A stretch of 42,036 nucleotides of DNA from Candidatus Micrarchaeaceae archaeon (GTDB lineage: Archaea > Micrarchaeota > Micrarchaeia > Micrarchaeales > CABMGC01). The position numbers and the translations under genes are program-made. The DNA is taken from contig JAVZVY010000003.1 in assembly GCA_038878295.1 (NCBI GenBank), positions 1-42,036 of the forward strand. Direction: 5' to 3'. The notes under the pieces were generated by a model that made no database searches, was not told the origin of the DNA, and saw nothing but the letters and a program-made list of their open reading frames with translations. Below, one piece after another: positions 1 to 9,408 of this stretch (position 1 is its first letter; each line of letters starts with the position of its first letter).

Positions 1-1267
1 CAAGTATGACGCTGCTGCCCTTCTTTTTCATAGCTACAGCATCCTCATTTGTGAATGCAATGGCGCCTGTGGCTGCGCCTGGCGAAGCCGGAAGGCCCTT
101 AGCTATCGGTTTTGCAGTTTCTTTTGGATCTATTTGCTTATGGAATAGGCTTTCCAGCTGCTCCGGCTCTATTCTGCTTATCGCTTCCTCTTTAGTTATG
201 AGGCGCTCTTCAACCATGTCTGTTGCTATCTTCACTGCAGCAGCAGGCGTGCGCTTCCCGCTTCTGGTTTGCAATAGGTAAAACCTGCCGCTTTCTATAG
301 TAAATTCTATGTCCTGCATGTCCTTGAAATGTTTCTCGAGAACATCGGCCGTTTTCAGCAGTTCCTTGTAAACTTCTGGCAAGCGTACGGCAAGATCATC
401 TGCAGGCATAGGCGTTCTTATTCCAGCGACTACATCTTCGCCCTGCGCGAGCATCAGAACCTCAGCATAGAGCTTCTTTTCGCCTGTTGATGGATCCCTG
501 GTGAATGCGACTCCAGTACCAGAATTGCTGTCAAGATTTCCGTAAACCATGCTTACTACATTCACCGCGGTGCCGAGCGAATCAGGTATGTTGTATATTT
601 TTCTGTATTCTATGGCGCGCTTGTTCCACCACGATTCGAAGACTGCGCCTATCGCCATGAAAAGCTGTTTTTCTACGTTTTCCGGTATTTCCGAACCTGT
701 GTTCTTCTTCACTATCGCTTTGTATCTTTCCACAACGCGTTTCCACGAGTCGCCATCCAGTTCTGCATCTGATTTTGCCCCTGCCCGTTTCTTTATTTCG
801 TCAAGCGCTTCATCAAATTCCTTCTTGTCGAGCTTGAGTACTATAGTGCTGAAAAGCTGGATAAAACGCCTGTAGGTATCGTAGGCGAACTTGCTGCTTG
901 TGCGTTTTGCAATTGCTTCCGCAATCCTGTCGTTCATGCCCAGGTTGAGCACAGTATCCATCATGCCAGGCATAGAGAACGGTGCGCCAGATCTCACAGA
1001 CACGAGCAGAGGATTTTCGGCGCTGCCGAATTTTTTGCCGGTTTCGCGCTCAAGCTGCCCCATCTTCGCGAGTATCTTTTTCTTTATGCTAGGCCAGAGC
1101 CTCTTCTCTTTGAAGAATTTGTTGCACATTTTTGTAGTTATGACAAAGCCTTTAGGCACATTGAGCCCTATGCCGGTCATCTCTACAAGACCATAACCTT
1201 TGCCTCCAAGTTCGTATTTTGTGAGTTTAAGCTTTGCTGCTTCTTCGAAAGTATAGACTTCGTCCAT
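1..1267 (-). CDS. ppdK: pyruvate, phosphate dikinase (5' part; runs off the window)
   Basis: Not in the ORF track. Manual translation from ATG 1267 gives MDEVYTFEEAAKLKLTKYELGGKGYGLVEMTGIGLNVPKGFVITT, and later SVRSGA..SMPGMMDTVLNLG, LQTRSGKRT and GLPASPGAA, which are PPDK motifs. SD GGTG lies 5 nt upstream. Confidence 0.93.
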   Translation of the reverse strand, partial: MDEVYTFEEAAKLKLTKYELGGKGYGLVEMTGIGLNVPKGFVITTKMCNKFFKEKRLWPSIKKKILAKMGQLERETGKKFGSAENPLLVSVRSGAPFSMPGMMDTVLNLGMNDRIAEAIAKRTSSKFAYDTYRRFIQLFSTIVLKLDKKEFDEALDEIKKRAGAKSDAELDGDSWKRVVERYKAIVKKNTGSEIPENVEKQLFMAIGAVFESWWNKRAIEYRKIYNIPDSLGTAVNVVSMVYGNLDSNSGTGVAFTRDPSTGEKKLYAEVLMLAQGEDVVAGIRTPMPADDLAVRLPEVYKELLKTADVLEKHFKDMQDIEFTIESGRFYLLQTRSGKRTPAAAVKIATDMVEERLITKEEAISRIEPEQLESLFHKQIDPKETAKPIAKGLPASPGAATGAIAFTNEDAVAMKKKGSSVIL

Positions 1268-1280
1268 TTTGCCACCACTG

Positions 1281-1823
1281 CTACAAAACAATCAGCGATC
1301 TAACATCATATTTTGAGAGCTTTTCCCTCCCGGAAAGGTCCTTAAGTTCTATCACGAAAGCGAAGCCTGAAACTTTTCCTCCGATAGACTCGACAAGGCG
1401 AGCTGCCGCATTGCTTGTGCCACCTGTAGCAAGCAAATCATCAACTATAAGTACTTTGCTGCCCTTCTCTATTGCGTCACTGTGCATCTCTATTGTTTCT
1501 TCGCCATACTCGAGCTTGTAAGAAGTCTGAACCTTAGTGTAGGGAAGTTTGCCCTTCTTTCTAATTGGCACAAAGCCAACGTTCAATCTTTCGGCAAGTG
1601 CTGCGCCTATTATGAAGCCTCTCGACTCTATGCCGGCTATGTAGTCTATTTTCTTGTCGGACACCATTTCAAGCATGCTTTCTATGCAGAGCGAGAAGGC
1701 TTTCCCATCTTTCAAAAGAGGGGTTATGTCCCTAAAGAGAATGCCCTGTTTCGGGAAGTCAGGAATGTCGCGTATCTTGCTTTTCAAGTATTCTATGCTG
1801 CTTTCTTTTTGCCTTAAATCCAT
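1281..1823 (-). CDS. apt: adenine phosphoribosyltransferase
   Basis: IRDIPDFPKQGILFRDITPLL, GIESRGF, RKKGKLP, LEYG and the PRPP-binding VDDLLATGGT. Start trimmed to ATG 1823. Confidence 0.95.
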   Translation of the reverse strand: MDLRQKESSIEYLKSKIRDIPDFPKQGILFRDITPLLKDGKAFSLCIESMLEMVSDKKIDYIAGIESRGFIIGAALAERLNVGFVPIRKKGKLPYTKVQTSYKLEYGEETIEMHSDAIEKGSKVLIVDDLLATGGTSNAAARLVESIGGKVSGFAFVIELKDLSGREKLSKYDVRSLIVL

Positions 1824-1923
1824 GATAGGGAATTCTGATTTCAGATTTATACCTCTTTCGCTGGTTTTGCATATGTGACATTTATGCACTGTTTTATTAA
1901 TTTTTCATAATATTATACAGAAT

Positions 1924-2745
1924 ATGGAGCAGCTTTATGAGATCCTCAACGACATACAGAATATGAAAATTCAGGGGGCTGAGGAAGTCGCTATAGCAGC
2001 AATACACGCTTGGGAAAGCGCTGATGACAAAGCTCTTGCCGAAAGGCTGCTTGCAAAGGCGAGGCCGACTGAGCCAATGCTAAGGAACGTCCTTATGTAC
2101 CTCCACAAATTCAACAATGCAAAGAAAATCCTCAAGATTTTGAACGATGGCAACAAAAAAATTGTAGAGTATGGAAGCCGGGAGCTTTCCAGGAAAAATA
2201 TTATTTACACACATTGCCACTCATTCACTGTCGAGAGCATACTGAAGAAGGTATTTGAAAAAAACAAGAAGCTTGTTGTGAATGTTACTGAAACAAGACC
2301 TCACTTTCAGGGGCGCATAACCGCAACCAACCTTGCAATGGCCGGAATCAAGGTCAATATGTTTGTTGATTCTGCTGCGCAACAGGCAATAAAGGATGCC
2401 GACGCGATGATAATAGGAGCCGACGCAATAACCGCATACGGAACGATAATCAATAAGATAGGTAGCGATCTCTTTGCTAGAATAGCATTCGAAGAGGGCG
2501 TCCCGGTTTATGTCGCTACGCATAGCCTAAAGTACGATCCTAAGACCAGGTTCGGTTACGTAGAGAAGATAGAAAAAAGGTCAGCGGATGAGGTTTGGCC
2601 AGCAAAAATCCGCAATGTGAATATAATTAATTATATATTCGACGAGGTTTCAAGCGAGTATATAGAAGCTGCGATAACTGAGTTGGGTTTGATAAAGCCA
2701 GATGCGATTGTTGAAATGATTAAATCTAAATATAATTGGTTATAG
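1924..2745 (+). CDS. ribose-1,5-bisphosphate isomerase (eIF-2B alpha/beta/delta family)
   Basis: IQGA, RPTEPMLRN, THCHS, ETRP..QG, GADAI and NKIGS motifs; directly upstream of RubisCO and AMP phosphorylase. Confidence 0.92.
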   Translation: MEQLYEILNDIQNMKIQGAEEVAIAAIHAWESADDKALAERLLAKARPTEPMLRNVLMYLHKFNNAKKILKILNDGNKKIVEYGSRELSRKNIIYTHCHSFTVESILKKVFEKNKKLVVNVTETRPHFQGRITATNLAMAGIKVNMFVDSAAQQAIKDADAMIIGADAITAYGTIINKIGSDLFARIAFEEGVPVYVATHSLKYDPKTRFGYVEKIEKRSADEVWPAKIRNVNIINYIFDEVSSEYIEAAITELGLIKPDAIVEMIKSKYNWL

Positions 2746-2746
2746 T

Positions 2747-4039
2747 ATGGAAGATCCATACAAGGATTTTATAGATTTGAAGTATAAACCTGCAGAGAAT
2801 GACTTGGTTGCTCTCTTCAGGGTAGAGCCAGCAAAAGGCATAACAATGAAGGATGCGATAGGCAGAATCGCAAGCGAGAGCAGCAATGGCACGTGGTCCG
2901 AGCTTACAACTCTGAAGGAGCACATAAAGAAAATAAGGGCGAGGGCCTTCTCAATAGAGGGCAATTATGTGAAGGTTGCATATCCTATAGAACTTTTTGA
3001 AATGGGGAGCATACCTCAGCTAATGAGCGCCATTGCTGGCAACATATTCGGCATGAAGGCACTCAAGAACCTCAGACTTGAGGATATTTATCTGCCATAC
3101 GATTACATAAAATACTTCAAAGGTCCGGGCTTCGGCCTTCCAGGAGTGTTCGACAAAATATTCAAAATGAAGAAGAGAAGGCCGCTGCTTGCACATGTGC
3201 CTAAACCCAAGGTTGGCATGACCACGGAGGAGCATGCAGAAGTTGCAAAAGAGGCTTGGCTCGGCGGCGTCGATTTGCTTAAGGACGACGAAAACCTTAC
3301 AAGCCAGAGCTTCAACAGCTTTGACGATAGAATGAAGCTCATGTTCCGCTACAGAGACTATGCAGAGCGCGAGACAGGCGAGAAGAAAAGCTATCTTGCT
3401 AACATAACTGCCGAAACAAACGAGATGCTTAGGAGGGCGTGGCTTGTCAAGGAGCTTGGCGGCGAATACGTAATGGTAGATATACTCACTGCGGGCTGGG
3501 CGGCTGTGCAAACTGTGAGGCAGCGCTGCGAAGAGCTTGGGCTCGCTTTGCACGCGCACAGAGCTTTCCATGCGGCATTTACAAGAAACCCTAAGCATGG
3601 AATGAGCATGCTTGTAGTGGCAAAGCTCGCGAGGCTTATAGGCGTGGACCAGATCCACATCGGCACTGTAGTTGGCAAGATGGAAGGCTCACTCAGAGAA
3701 GTGGTTGACCTCGACAATGAGATGACACTCAAGAAAGTAAAGCCTATGAAGGACGTGCTCAGCGAGGATTGGTATAACATCAAGCCTGTTGTGCCTGTAA
3801 CTTCGGGTGGATTGCACCCAGGACTCGTTCCTGATGTGATGAAAGTTCTCGGCAACGAAATTGTAATACAGGCTGGAGGCGGCATTGACGGCCATCCTGA
3901 CGGAGTCAAAGCCGGTGCAATTGCGATGAGGCAGGCCATAGAAGCGACTATGGGAGGCGTCGCATTGGATGAGTATGCAAAAGAGCATCGAGAGCTTGCT
4001 GCCGCGCTTAAATACTGGGGATACAGGAAAACCAGGTAA
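2747..4039 (+). CDS. rbcL: form III ribulose-1,5-bisphosphate carboxylase large subunit
   Basis: ESSNGTW, AGNIFG, PKPKVG, GGVDLLKDDENL, HAHRAFH, loop 6 GKMEG, SGGLHPG and GGGIDGHP: a full catalytic set, so not a RubisCO-like protein. Confidence 0.96.
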   Translation: MEDPYKDFIDLKYKPAENDLVALFRVEPAKGITMKDAIGRIASESSNGTWSELTTLKEHIKKIRARAFSIEGNYVKVAYPIELFEMGSIPQLMSAIAGNIFGMKALKNLRLEDIYLPYDYIKYFKGPGFGLPGVFDKIFKMKKRRPLLAHVPKPKVGMTTEEHAEVAKEAWLGGVDLLKDDENLTSQSFNSFDDRMKLMFRYRDYAERETGEKKSYLANITAETNEMLRRAWLVKELGGEYVMVDILTAGWAAVQTVRQRCEELGLALHAHRAFHAAFTRNPKHGMSMLVVAKLARLIGVDQIHIGTVVGKMEGSLREVVDLDNEMTLKKVKPMKDVLSEDWYNIKPVVPVTSGGLHPGLVPDVMKVLGNEIVIQAGGGIDGHPDGVKAGAIAMRQAIEATMGGVALDEYAKEHRELAAALKYWGYRKTR

Positions 4040-4043
4040 TGCC

Positions 4044-5582
4044 GTGATACTTGAAGCAAAAATGCTAGATTTGGAAACCGGCGCAAATGTTGCGCTTGTT
4101 AACGAGACTGACGCTCAATTTTTGGGCATACATGCAGGCGACAGGATAGCCCTTAGGTACGATTCGAAAGAAACGGTTGCTATAGCCAACACCACAACAA
4201 TCGTAAAGAAAGGCTCGCTCGGCATTACAAAGGACGTAAGAGGCATTTTGAACGCAAGAAACCTAAGCAAAATTGACGTCGAACTAGCGCCGCTGCCAAA
4301 GTCTGTCGTCGCCATAAAGGACAAAATCAACGGCAAGAAACTTGAATATGCTGAGCTTTACGAGATAGTGAAGGACGCGATCAGCAAAGACCTAACTAAA
4401 GAGGAGCTTGCGGCATTTGTTGTTGCTCTGCATTCGTATGGCCTAGACTTCGAAGAAGCGGTAAACATGTCAATGGCCATGGTAAAGACTGGAGACGTTC
4501 TCGATCTGGGCAAAAAGAGAGTGTATGACAAACATTCGATAGGCGGTGTGCCTGGCGACAAAACAACGCTGCTTGTAGTGCCAATAATAGCTGCGGCAGG
4601 ACTTACCATACCTAAGACCTCGTCAAGAGCCATAACTTCTGCGGCAGGCACTGCAGACAGGGCTGAGGCGCTAATGCCTGTAGGCTTAAGCATAAGCGAG
4701 ATGAAGAGGGTCGTCGAAAGAGCTAACGGTTGCATTGTTTGGGGCGGCGCGATGCACCTTGCGCCTGCTGATGACATCTTCATAAAAGCAGAGTATGAAT
4801 TCTCAATAGATCCGCTACTCTTTCCTTCGATAATTTCCAAGAAGAAATCCGTAGGCTCTACCGACGTCGTCATAGACGTGCCAGTAGGCCAGACGGTGAA
4901 AGTAAAGAATAATGCAGAGGCCGAAGATTTGGTAAGAAACTTTATGAAGCTCGGGGATAGGCTCGATATGCGCATACGCGGCGCAATAACCTTCGGCGAG
5001 CAGCCAATAGGCTATGCTATTGGCGCAAATGCTGAAGCCGCGGAGGCGCTCCGCACAATAAGCAAGCCAGAAAACGCAAAAGACCTTGCAGACAAAGCCG
5101 CATCCGTAGCAGGAATTCTGCTGGAAATGGCTGGAAAGGAGAATGGGAAAGAACTTGCCATGCGCATGCTTAGAAGCGGCAGAGCTGAGAAGAAACTGCG
5201 CGAGATAATAGAGCTGCAGGGCGGCGATGCAAAGATAAAGCCAGAAGAGCTGCCAATCGGCGAATTGAGCACAACCATAAATGCCGATAGAAACGGCAAA
5301 CTGATGTTTATAGACAATTTTGCTGTAGCCAATGCAGTGAGGAGCGGAGGCGCCCCGACGAACAAAAAAGCCGCATTGATACTACACAAGAAGCTGGGCG
5401 ACAGCGTAAAGAAGGGCGAGCCGTTGCTTACGATATACGCTGATAGATCCACAGCATTGAACTCTATGGAAGACTATTTATTAAAAAACAACAGCGTAAT
5501 AGTTGCGAGCGGAAGCAGCATGCTCATAGAGAAGATAAAGGAAGAGAGGGCGGCGCGCAAGAGGTTCATACTGGAGAGATGA
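4044..5582 (+). CDS. deoA: AMP phosphorylase (thymidine phosphorylase family)
   Basis: DKHSIGGVPGDKTT, KTSSRAITSAAGTAD and LAPADD, with an N-terminal extension typical of AMP phosphorylase. Start moved to GTG 4044 (GGTA + 5 nt). Confidence 0.93.
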   Translation: MILEAKMLDLETGANVALVNETDAQFLGIHAGDRIALRYDSKETVAIANTTTIVKKGSLGITKDVRGILNARNLSKIDVELAPLPKSVVAIKDKINGKKLEYAELYEIVKDAISKDLTKEELAAFVVALHSYGLDFEEAVNMSMAMVKTGDVLDLGKKRVYDKHSIGGVPGDKTTLLVVPIIAAAGLTIPKTSSRAITSAAGTADRAEALMPVGLSISEMKRVVERANGCIVWGGAMHLAPADDIFIKAEYEFSIDPLLFPSIISKKKSVGSTDVVIDVPVGQTVKVKNNAEAEDLVRNFMKLGDRLDMRIRGAITFGEQPIGYAIGANAEAAEALRTISKPENAKDLADKAASVAGILLEMAGKENGKELAMRMLRSGRAEKKLREIIELQGGDAKIKPEELPIGELSTTINADRNGKLMFIDNFAVANAVRSGGAPTNKKAALILHKKLGDSVKKGEPLLTIYADRSTALNSMEDYLLKNNSVIVASGSSMLIEKIKEERAARKRFILER

Positions 5583-5597
5583 CGCTTTTGTGATTTG

Positions 5598-6851
5598 ATG
5601 GCAAAATATCTGCTTATAATATTGGATGGAGCTGCAGATAGGGGCAACCCAGATCTTAACGGCATGACGCCGCTTGAAGCCGCGCAAATGCCAAATCTCA
5701 ATTTTCTAGCTAAAAATTCCTTCGAGGGCATGATGTACCCGATTGCAAAAGGCATAGCGCCAGAATCTGATGCCGCTGTTTTTTCCATACTTGGATACGA
5801 CATTGAAAAGGAGTATACGGGCAGAGGTCCGCTAGAAGCGTATGGCTCTGGGCTTGCTGTGACTGACAACACGCTCGCATTGAGATGCAACTTCGCTACG
5901 ATAAATAGCAAAAGAGAGATTGTTGACAGGAGGGCAGGAAGAAATATAACGAGGAAGGAGGCTAAGGAGCTCGAGGCAGAAATAAACAAGATAAGAATAG
6001 GCGGAACAAAAATAGTATTCAAAGCTACTGTAGGACACCGCGGTGCGCTGACTATCGAAGGATTGGATTTCAGGCTGAGCCCGAATATATCAAATGCCGA
6101 CATAGGCTACAAAAGAACTGGTAAGATTTCCATAGCAGCAGGGAGCGCTACTAAAAAACTTCCCAGAGTAAAACCGCTTGACACTAGCGTTGAAAGCAGA
6201 AAAACTGCAAACATCGTGAACGAATTCGTAGACAAGTGCATAGGCGTTCTAAAGAATGCTAGCGTAAACAAGATCAGACGAATGAAGGGACTGCCTGAAG
6301 CCAATGCCCTGCTGTTGAGAGACGCAGGAATGGGCTTGCCAAAAGTTGTAAAATTCGATGAGAAATACGGCTTAAGATCGGCATTTGTTACAGAGATGCC
6401 TGTAGAAAGGGGCATAGCGAAAGTTCTCGGAATGCGTGAATTGCGCGCAAAAGGAAGATGGCACGACTATTCGCAGATCGTCCCGATAATTAGGTCAGGA
6501 TTCAAGAATTACAATTTCATATACGTGCACATAAAAGGCCCTGACGAGCCAGGTCATGACGGTGACGCAATCAGAAAAAAGGATGTGCTTGAAAAGATAG
6601 ACAGGGAATTCTTCGGCACTCTGGCAAAGGCCGGTATAAACGCTACAGTATGCGTTACGTCTGATCATTCTACGCCGTGCACGCTGAAGGCCCATTCTTC
6701 GGATCCTGTGCCTGTAATGATAAGGCCTTTCGGGTTTTCTGGCAGTGACAAAATGCACTTCGATGAAAGAATAGACAGCAATGGCTCGATTGGCGTCATA
6801 AAAGGCATGGAGCTTATAAGAGATATTATTCGGCTGCAAAAGTCTGGCTAA
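5598..6851 (+). CDS. apgM: 2,3-bisphosphoglycerate-independent phosphoglycerate mutase, archaeal type
   Basis: ILDGAADR, TPLEAA, PESD, GRGPLEA, HIKGPDEPGHDG, SDHSTP and HSSDPVP. Confidence 0.94.
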   Translation: MAKYLLIILDGAADRGNPDLNGMTPLEAAQMPNLNFLAKNSFEGMMYPIAKGIAPESDAAVFSILGYDIEKEYTGRGPLEAYGSGLAVTDNTLALRCNFATINSKREIVDRRAGRNITRKEAKELEAEINKIRIGGTKIVFKATVGHRGALTIEGLDFRLSPNISNADIGYKRTGKISIAAGSATKKLPRVKPLDTSVESRKTANIVNEFVDKCIGVLKNASVNKIRRMKGLPEANALLLRDAGMGLPKVVKFDEKYGLRSAFVTEMPVERGIAKVLGMRELRAKGRWHDYSQIVPIIRSGFKNYNFIYVHIKGPDEPGHDGDAIRKKDVLEKIDREFFGTLAKAGINATVCVTSDHSTPCTLKAHSSDPVPVMIRPFGFSGSDKMHFDERIDSNGSIGVIKGMELIRDIIRLQKSG

Positions 6852-7861
6852 TCAGGCTCCCATTTGATAACATTGTAGAGTTTTCTTACGTCTACATTCC
6901 TTACCGGCAGGAAGCCTTTTATAACGCTTTCTATTTTCGCGTGTACGATCCTTGGTTCGTCGCCTTTGAATATGGCTTTGTGCATCTCTATCCCTTTTTC
7001 CATGGCTTCCTCTTTGCTGCTGAAGCATGAAATAACGAAGAACCTTTCGCTGCCGCTGGTCGGGGCGAGAATTTGAAATGTGTTTACGAGCGGCATTTCG
7101 CCGTCGATTTCCATATAATATTTCCTAGCCCGTGCAGCCCTCTTTTCGGTTCCTGGCGCAAAACGATATGTGACAAAGAATGCCATGTTGTAGTCGGTCG
7201 GCGGCCTTGTCACTATGGCGGAAAGCCTTTGTATTATGCCTGAAGACATTATCTTTGACATCCTGTATCTTACTGTGTCTTCGTTGATCCCTGTCTTCTT
7301 TGCAATCTCCCTATAGCTTAGCCTTGAGTTCTCATTAAGTACCAATATTATTTTTTTGTCGCGCTCGCTGATTCCGCGATTGCTCAGGTCAATGGTGTTC
7401 AGAAGCACATTTGACACAGGTATAAAGCCAACATGGGTCATTACAATCTGCGACGGATGCATGCTTGGCCTGTATGCGGCTAGTTTGTATGCAAGCGCAG
7501 TCTCCCATAGTATGTATCTCCTGCCATCGTTGGACTCAACTTCGACAAGAAGATCGAAGTCCCCATCTGTTATAGCAGCAAACTGCACTTCGTAATCTTC
7601 TTTTAGCAATTCGATAAGCTTTTCCTTGGGAGGTGGCGTCGCAAATTTTACCCACAGGATATACCTGTAAGCGAGACCTATTGCATCTTTTTTGAAGTCT
7701 ATTGTATAGCGCAGGCCAAACTCATCTTCAAGTTCCTTGATATACCTTGAAGCTATGCTCCTGGAGCATCTTGCATATTTTGCTATATCGGTTATTGATG
7801 CTCTTGCATCCTCGCAGAGCATCCTCAGCACGGCCCTCTTAGAATAGTCGTATTCCTTCAT
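6848..7861 (-). CDS. tandem (double) Lrp/AsnC-family transcriptional regulator
   Basis: Two HTH units (LCEDARASITDIAK and LNENSRLSYREIAKKTG..TVRYR), each followed by a RAM-like domain (TDGDFDLL). Confidence 0.85.
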   Translation of the reverse strand: MKEYDYSKRAVLRMLCEDARASITDIAKYARCSRSIASRYIKELEDEFGLRYTIDFKKDAIGLAYRYILWVKFATPPPKEKLIELLKEDYEVQFAAITDGDFDLLVEVESNDGRRYILWETALAYKLAAYRPSMHPSQIVMTHVGFIPVSNVLLNTIDLSNRGISERDKKIILVLNENSRLSYREIAKKTGINEDTVRYRMSKIMSSGIIQRLSAIVTRPPTDYNMAFFVTYRFAPGTEKRAARARKYYMEIDGEMPLVNTFQILAPTSGSERFFVISCFSSKEEAMEKGIEMHKAIFKGDEPRIVHAKIESVIKGFLPVRNVDVRKLYNVIKWEPD

Positions 7862-7945
7862 TCACTCGCTCAAATTCCGAAAGTTTTCAACACATTTTAT
7901 CATAAAAATACACATTTAAATTATTAAAGTTTTAACTAAGAGATT

Positions 7946-9250
7946 ATGGCACTTACTCCTAGGACAAAGGGCTACATACTGCTTTCGTCGATAGTGGTAG
8001 AACTGGCCTTCTGGCCAATATTCTTTGACATCGGCAGCAATGCGCTTGGCATGCCCCTCTTCCTGTTTTACTCGTTTCTCATATCCACAGCAATACTCGG
8101 CATCATAGTCATAGCAAAGAAAAGGGACGGCCTTAAGCAAATAGCTAAGAGGAAGAAAACATTCTATGTGCTGGCTGTTAGCGGCTTTCTCAATGCCTTC
8201 CTATCGGCCGCGCTGCTTACGATAGGCATAACGCATACTACAGCCAGCCTTGCTGGAGTCGTATACAGAAGCTGGCCGCTTCTCATGGTGCCATTCATAC
8301 CCTTGGTTGTTAGGACCAAGGTCAACAGGTATCAGGTTGCTTCGCTTTTGATAGGGTTCGCAGCCTTGTATATAGCACTGACGCAGGGCACGCTCATAAG
8401 CGTAAACTATACGTATGCACCATACATAGCATTGCTTTTCATTGCGGCACTTGCCGTTGCACTCTCGAATGTGCTCATAAAGAGCCAGAATGCGGATGTA
8501 TACGCACAGAACCTGATATTCGACACCGTTGCTGCTGTTTCATTCTTTGCGCTTGTGCTTGCCACCGGCGCGCATTTCGGCGGAAACTTTACTCTTGGTG
8601 CAATTGCAGCTATACTGTTTACTGGGGGCATAGCTTATTCAATAGGCTCTGTCTTCTTCTATTACTCGCTTAAGGCCCTCGAGCCTACAATAGTGGGCAA
8701 CGCAATGCTGCTTGTGCCTTTTCTGACTTTTGCATTCTCTGCTGTTTTTTTGGGCGAGAAAATATACCTATATTACTTGATTCTCGGTATGGTGGTTGTA
8801 GGCGGCATTGTAATACAGAGGCTTGCGCCAGAGAAGGTCCCAGAAAGGGTGCCAAAGAATGCAGGGGTTATGGCAACTATCTTCGACCTCACAAGCGCAT
8901 TTGTCGATAATAGGGATCCTGAAATATACAATCACATATCAGGCACTGGGAGAGCGCTCTGCGTCAAAGGCAGTGCTGCTGACGCTTATGAAAGTCTTGA
9001 TTTCGGCAGAAAGAGAGAAATAGCAGAAAGATACGGATGCATAATGTTTACCAATAGGAAGCCGCATCCCGGAGTGGCTGATAGCGAACTAAGATTCATA
9101 AGAGATGTGCTTGGGATTGATGAAGATGATCCGCTCCTTGTAGGGATTGGCGAGCCCTCAAAAGTGGAGGAGGCGATAAAGGACATAAATCTGCATGTGA
9201 CCGGTGCACCCAAGCTTGACGAGGGATTGACATCGGCCAAATTGCCATAA
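7946..9250 (+). CDS. DMT/EamA-family transporter with a soluble C-terminal extension
   Basis: About 10 hydrophobic segments in two EamA repeats (LLVPFLTFAFSAVFLGEK), then a hydrophilic tail of about 140 aa. Confidence 0.8.
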   Translation: MALTPRTKGYILLSSIVVELAFWPIFFDIGSNALGMPLFLFYSFLISTAILGIIVIAKKRDGLKQIAKRKKTFYVLAVSGFLNAFLSAALLTIGITHTTASLAGVVYRSWPLLMVPFIPLVVRTKVNRYQVASLLIGFAALYIALTQGTLISVNYTYAPYIALLFIAALAVALSNVLIKSQNADVYAQNLIFDTVAAVSFFALVLATGAHFGGNFTLGAIAAILFTGGIAYSIGSVFFYYSLKALEPTIVGNAMLLVPFLTFAFSAVFLGEKIYLYYLILGMVVVGGIVIQRLAPEKVPERVPKNAGVMATIFDLTSAFVDNRDPEIYNHISGTGRALCVKGSAADAYESLDFGRKREIAERYGCIMFTNRKPHPGVADSELRFIRDVLGIDEDDPLLVGIGEPSKVEEAIKDINLHVTGAPKLDEGLTSAKLP

Positions 9251-9408
9251 TCCGAAACATCATCCAACATTTTTTCGCAAAAATTAAGATATTTAAATGA
9301 GTTCGGCGCCAATAATATCCAATTATGGCACCAATCCATAACCCACCTCTCTTCCTTCTTTTTTCTTTTTCAAACACAATATAATATTTTCCATCTAAGA
9401 TATATAGT

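Noticed and set aside
2747-4039. RubisCO-like protein (form IV) interpretation
   Set aside because: The catalytic motifs of true RubisCO are present, and the gene context is the AMP pathway.
3020-6415. Long antisense ORFs over rbcL, AMP phosphorylase and apgM (and similar ones elsewhere)
   Set aside because: Shadow frames of well-supported genes, with no motifs of their own.
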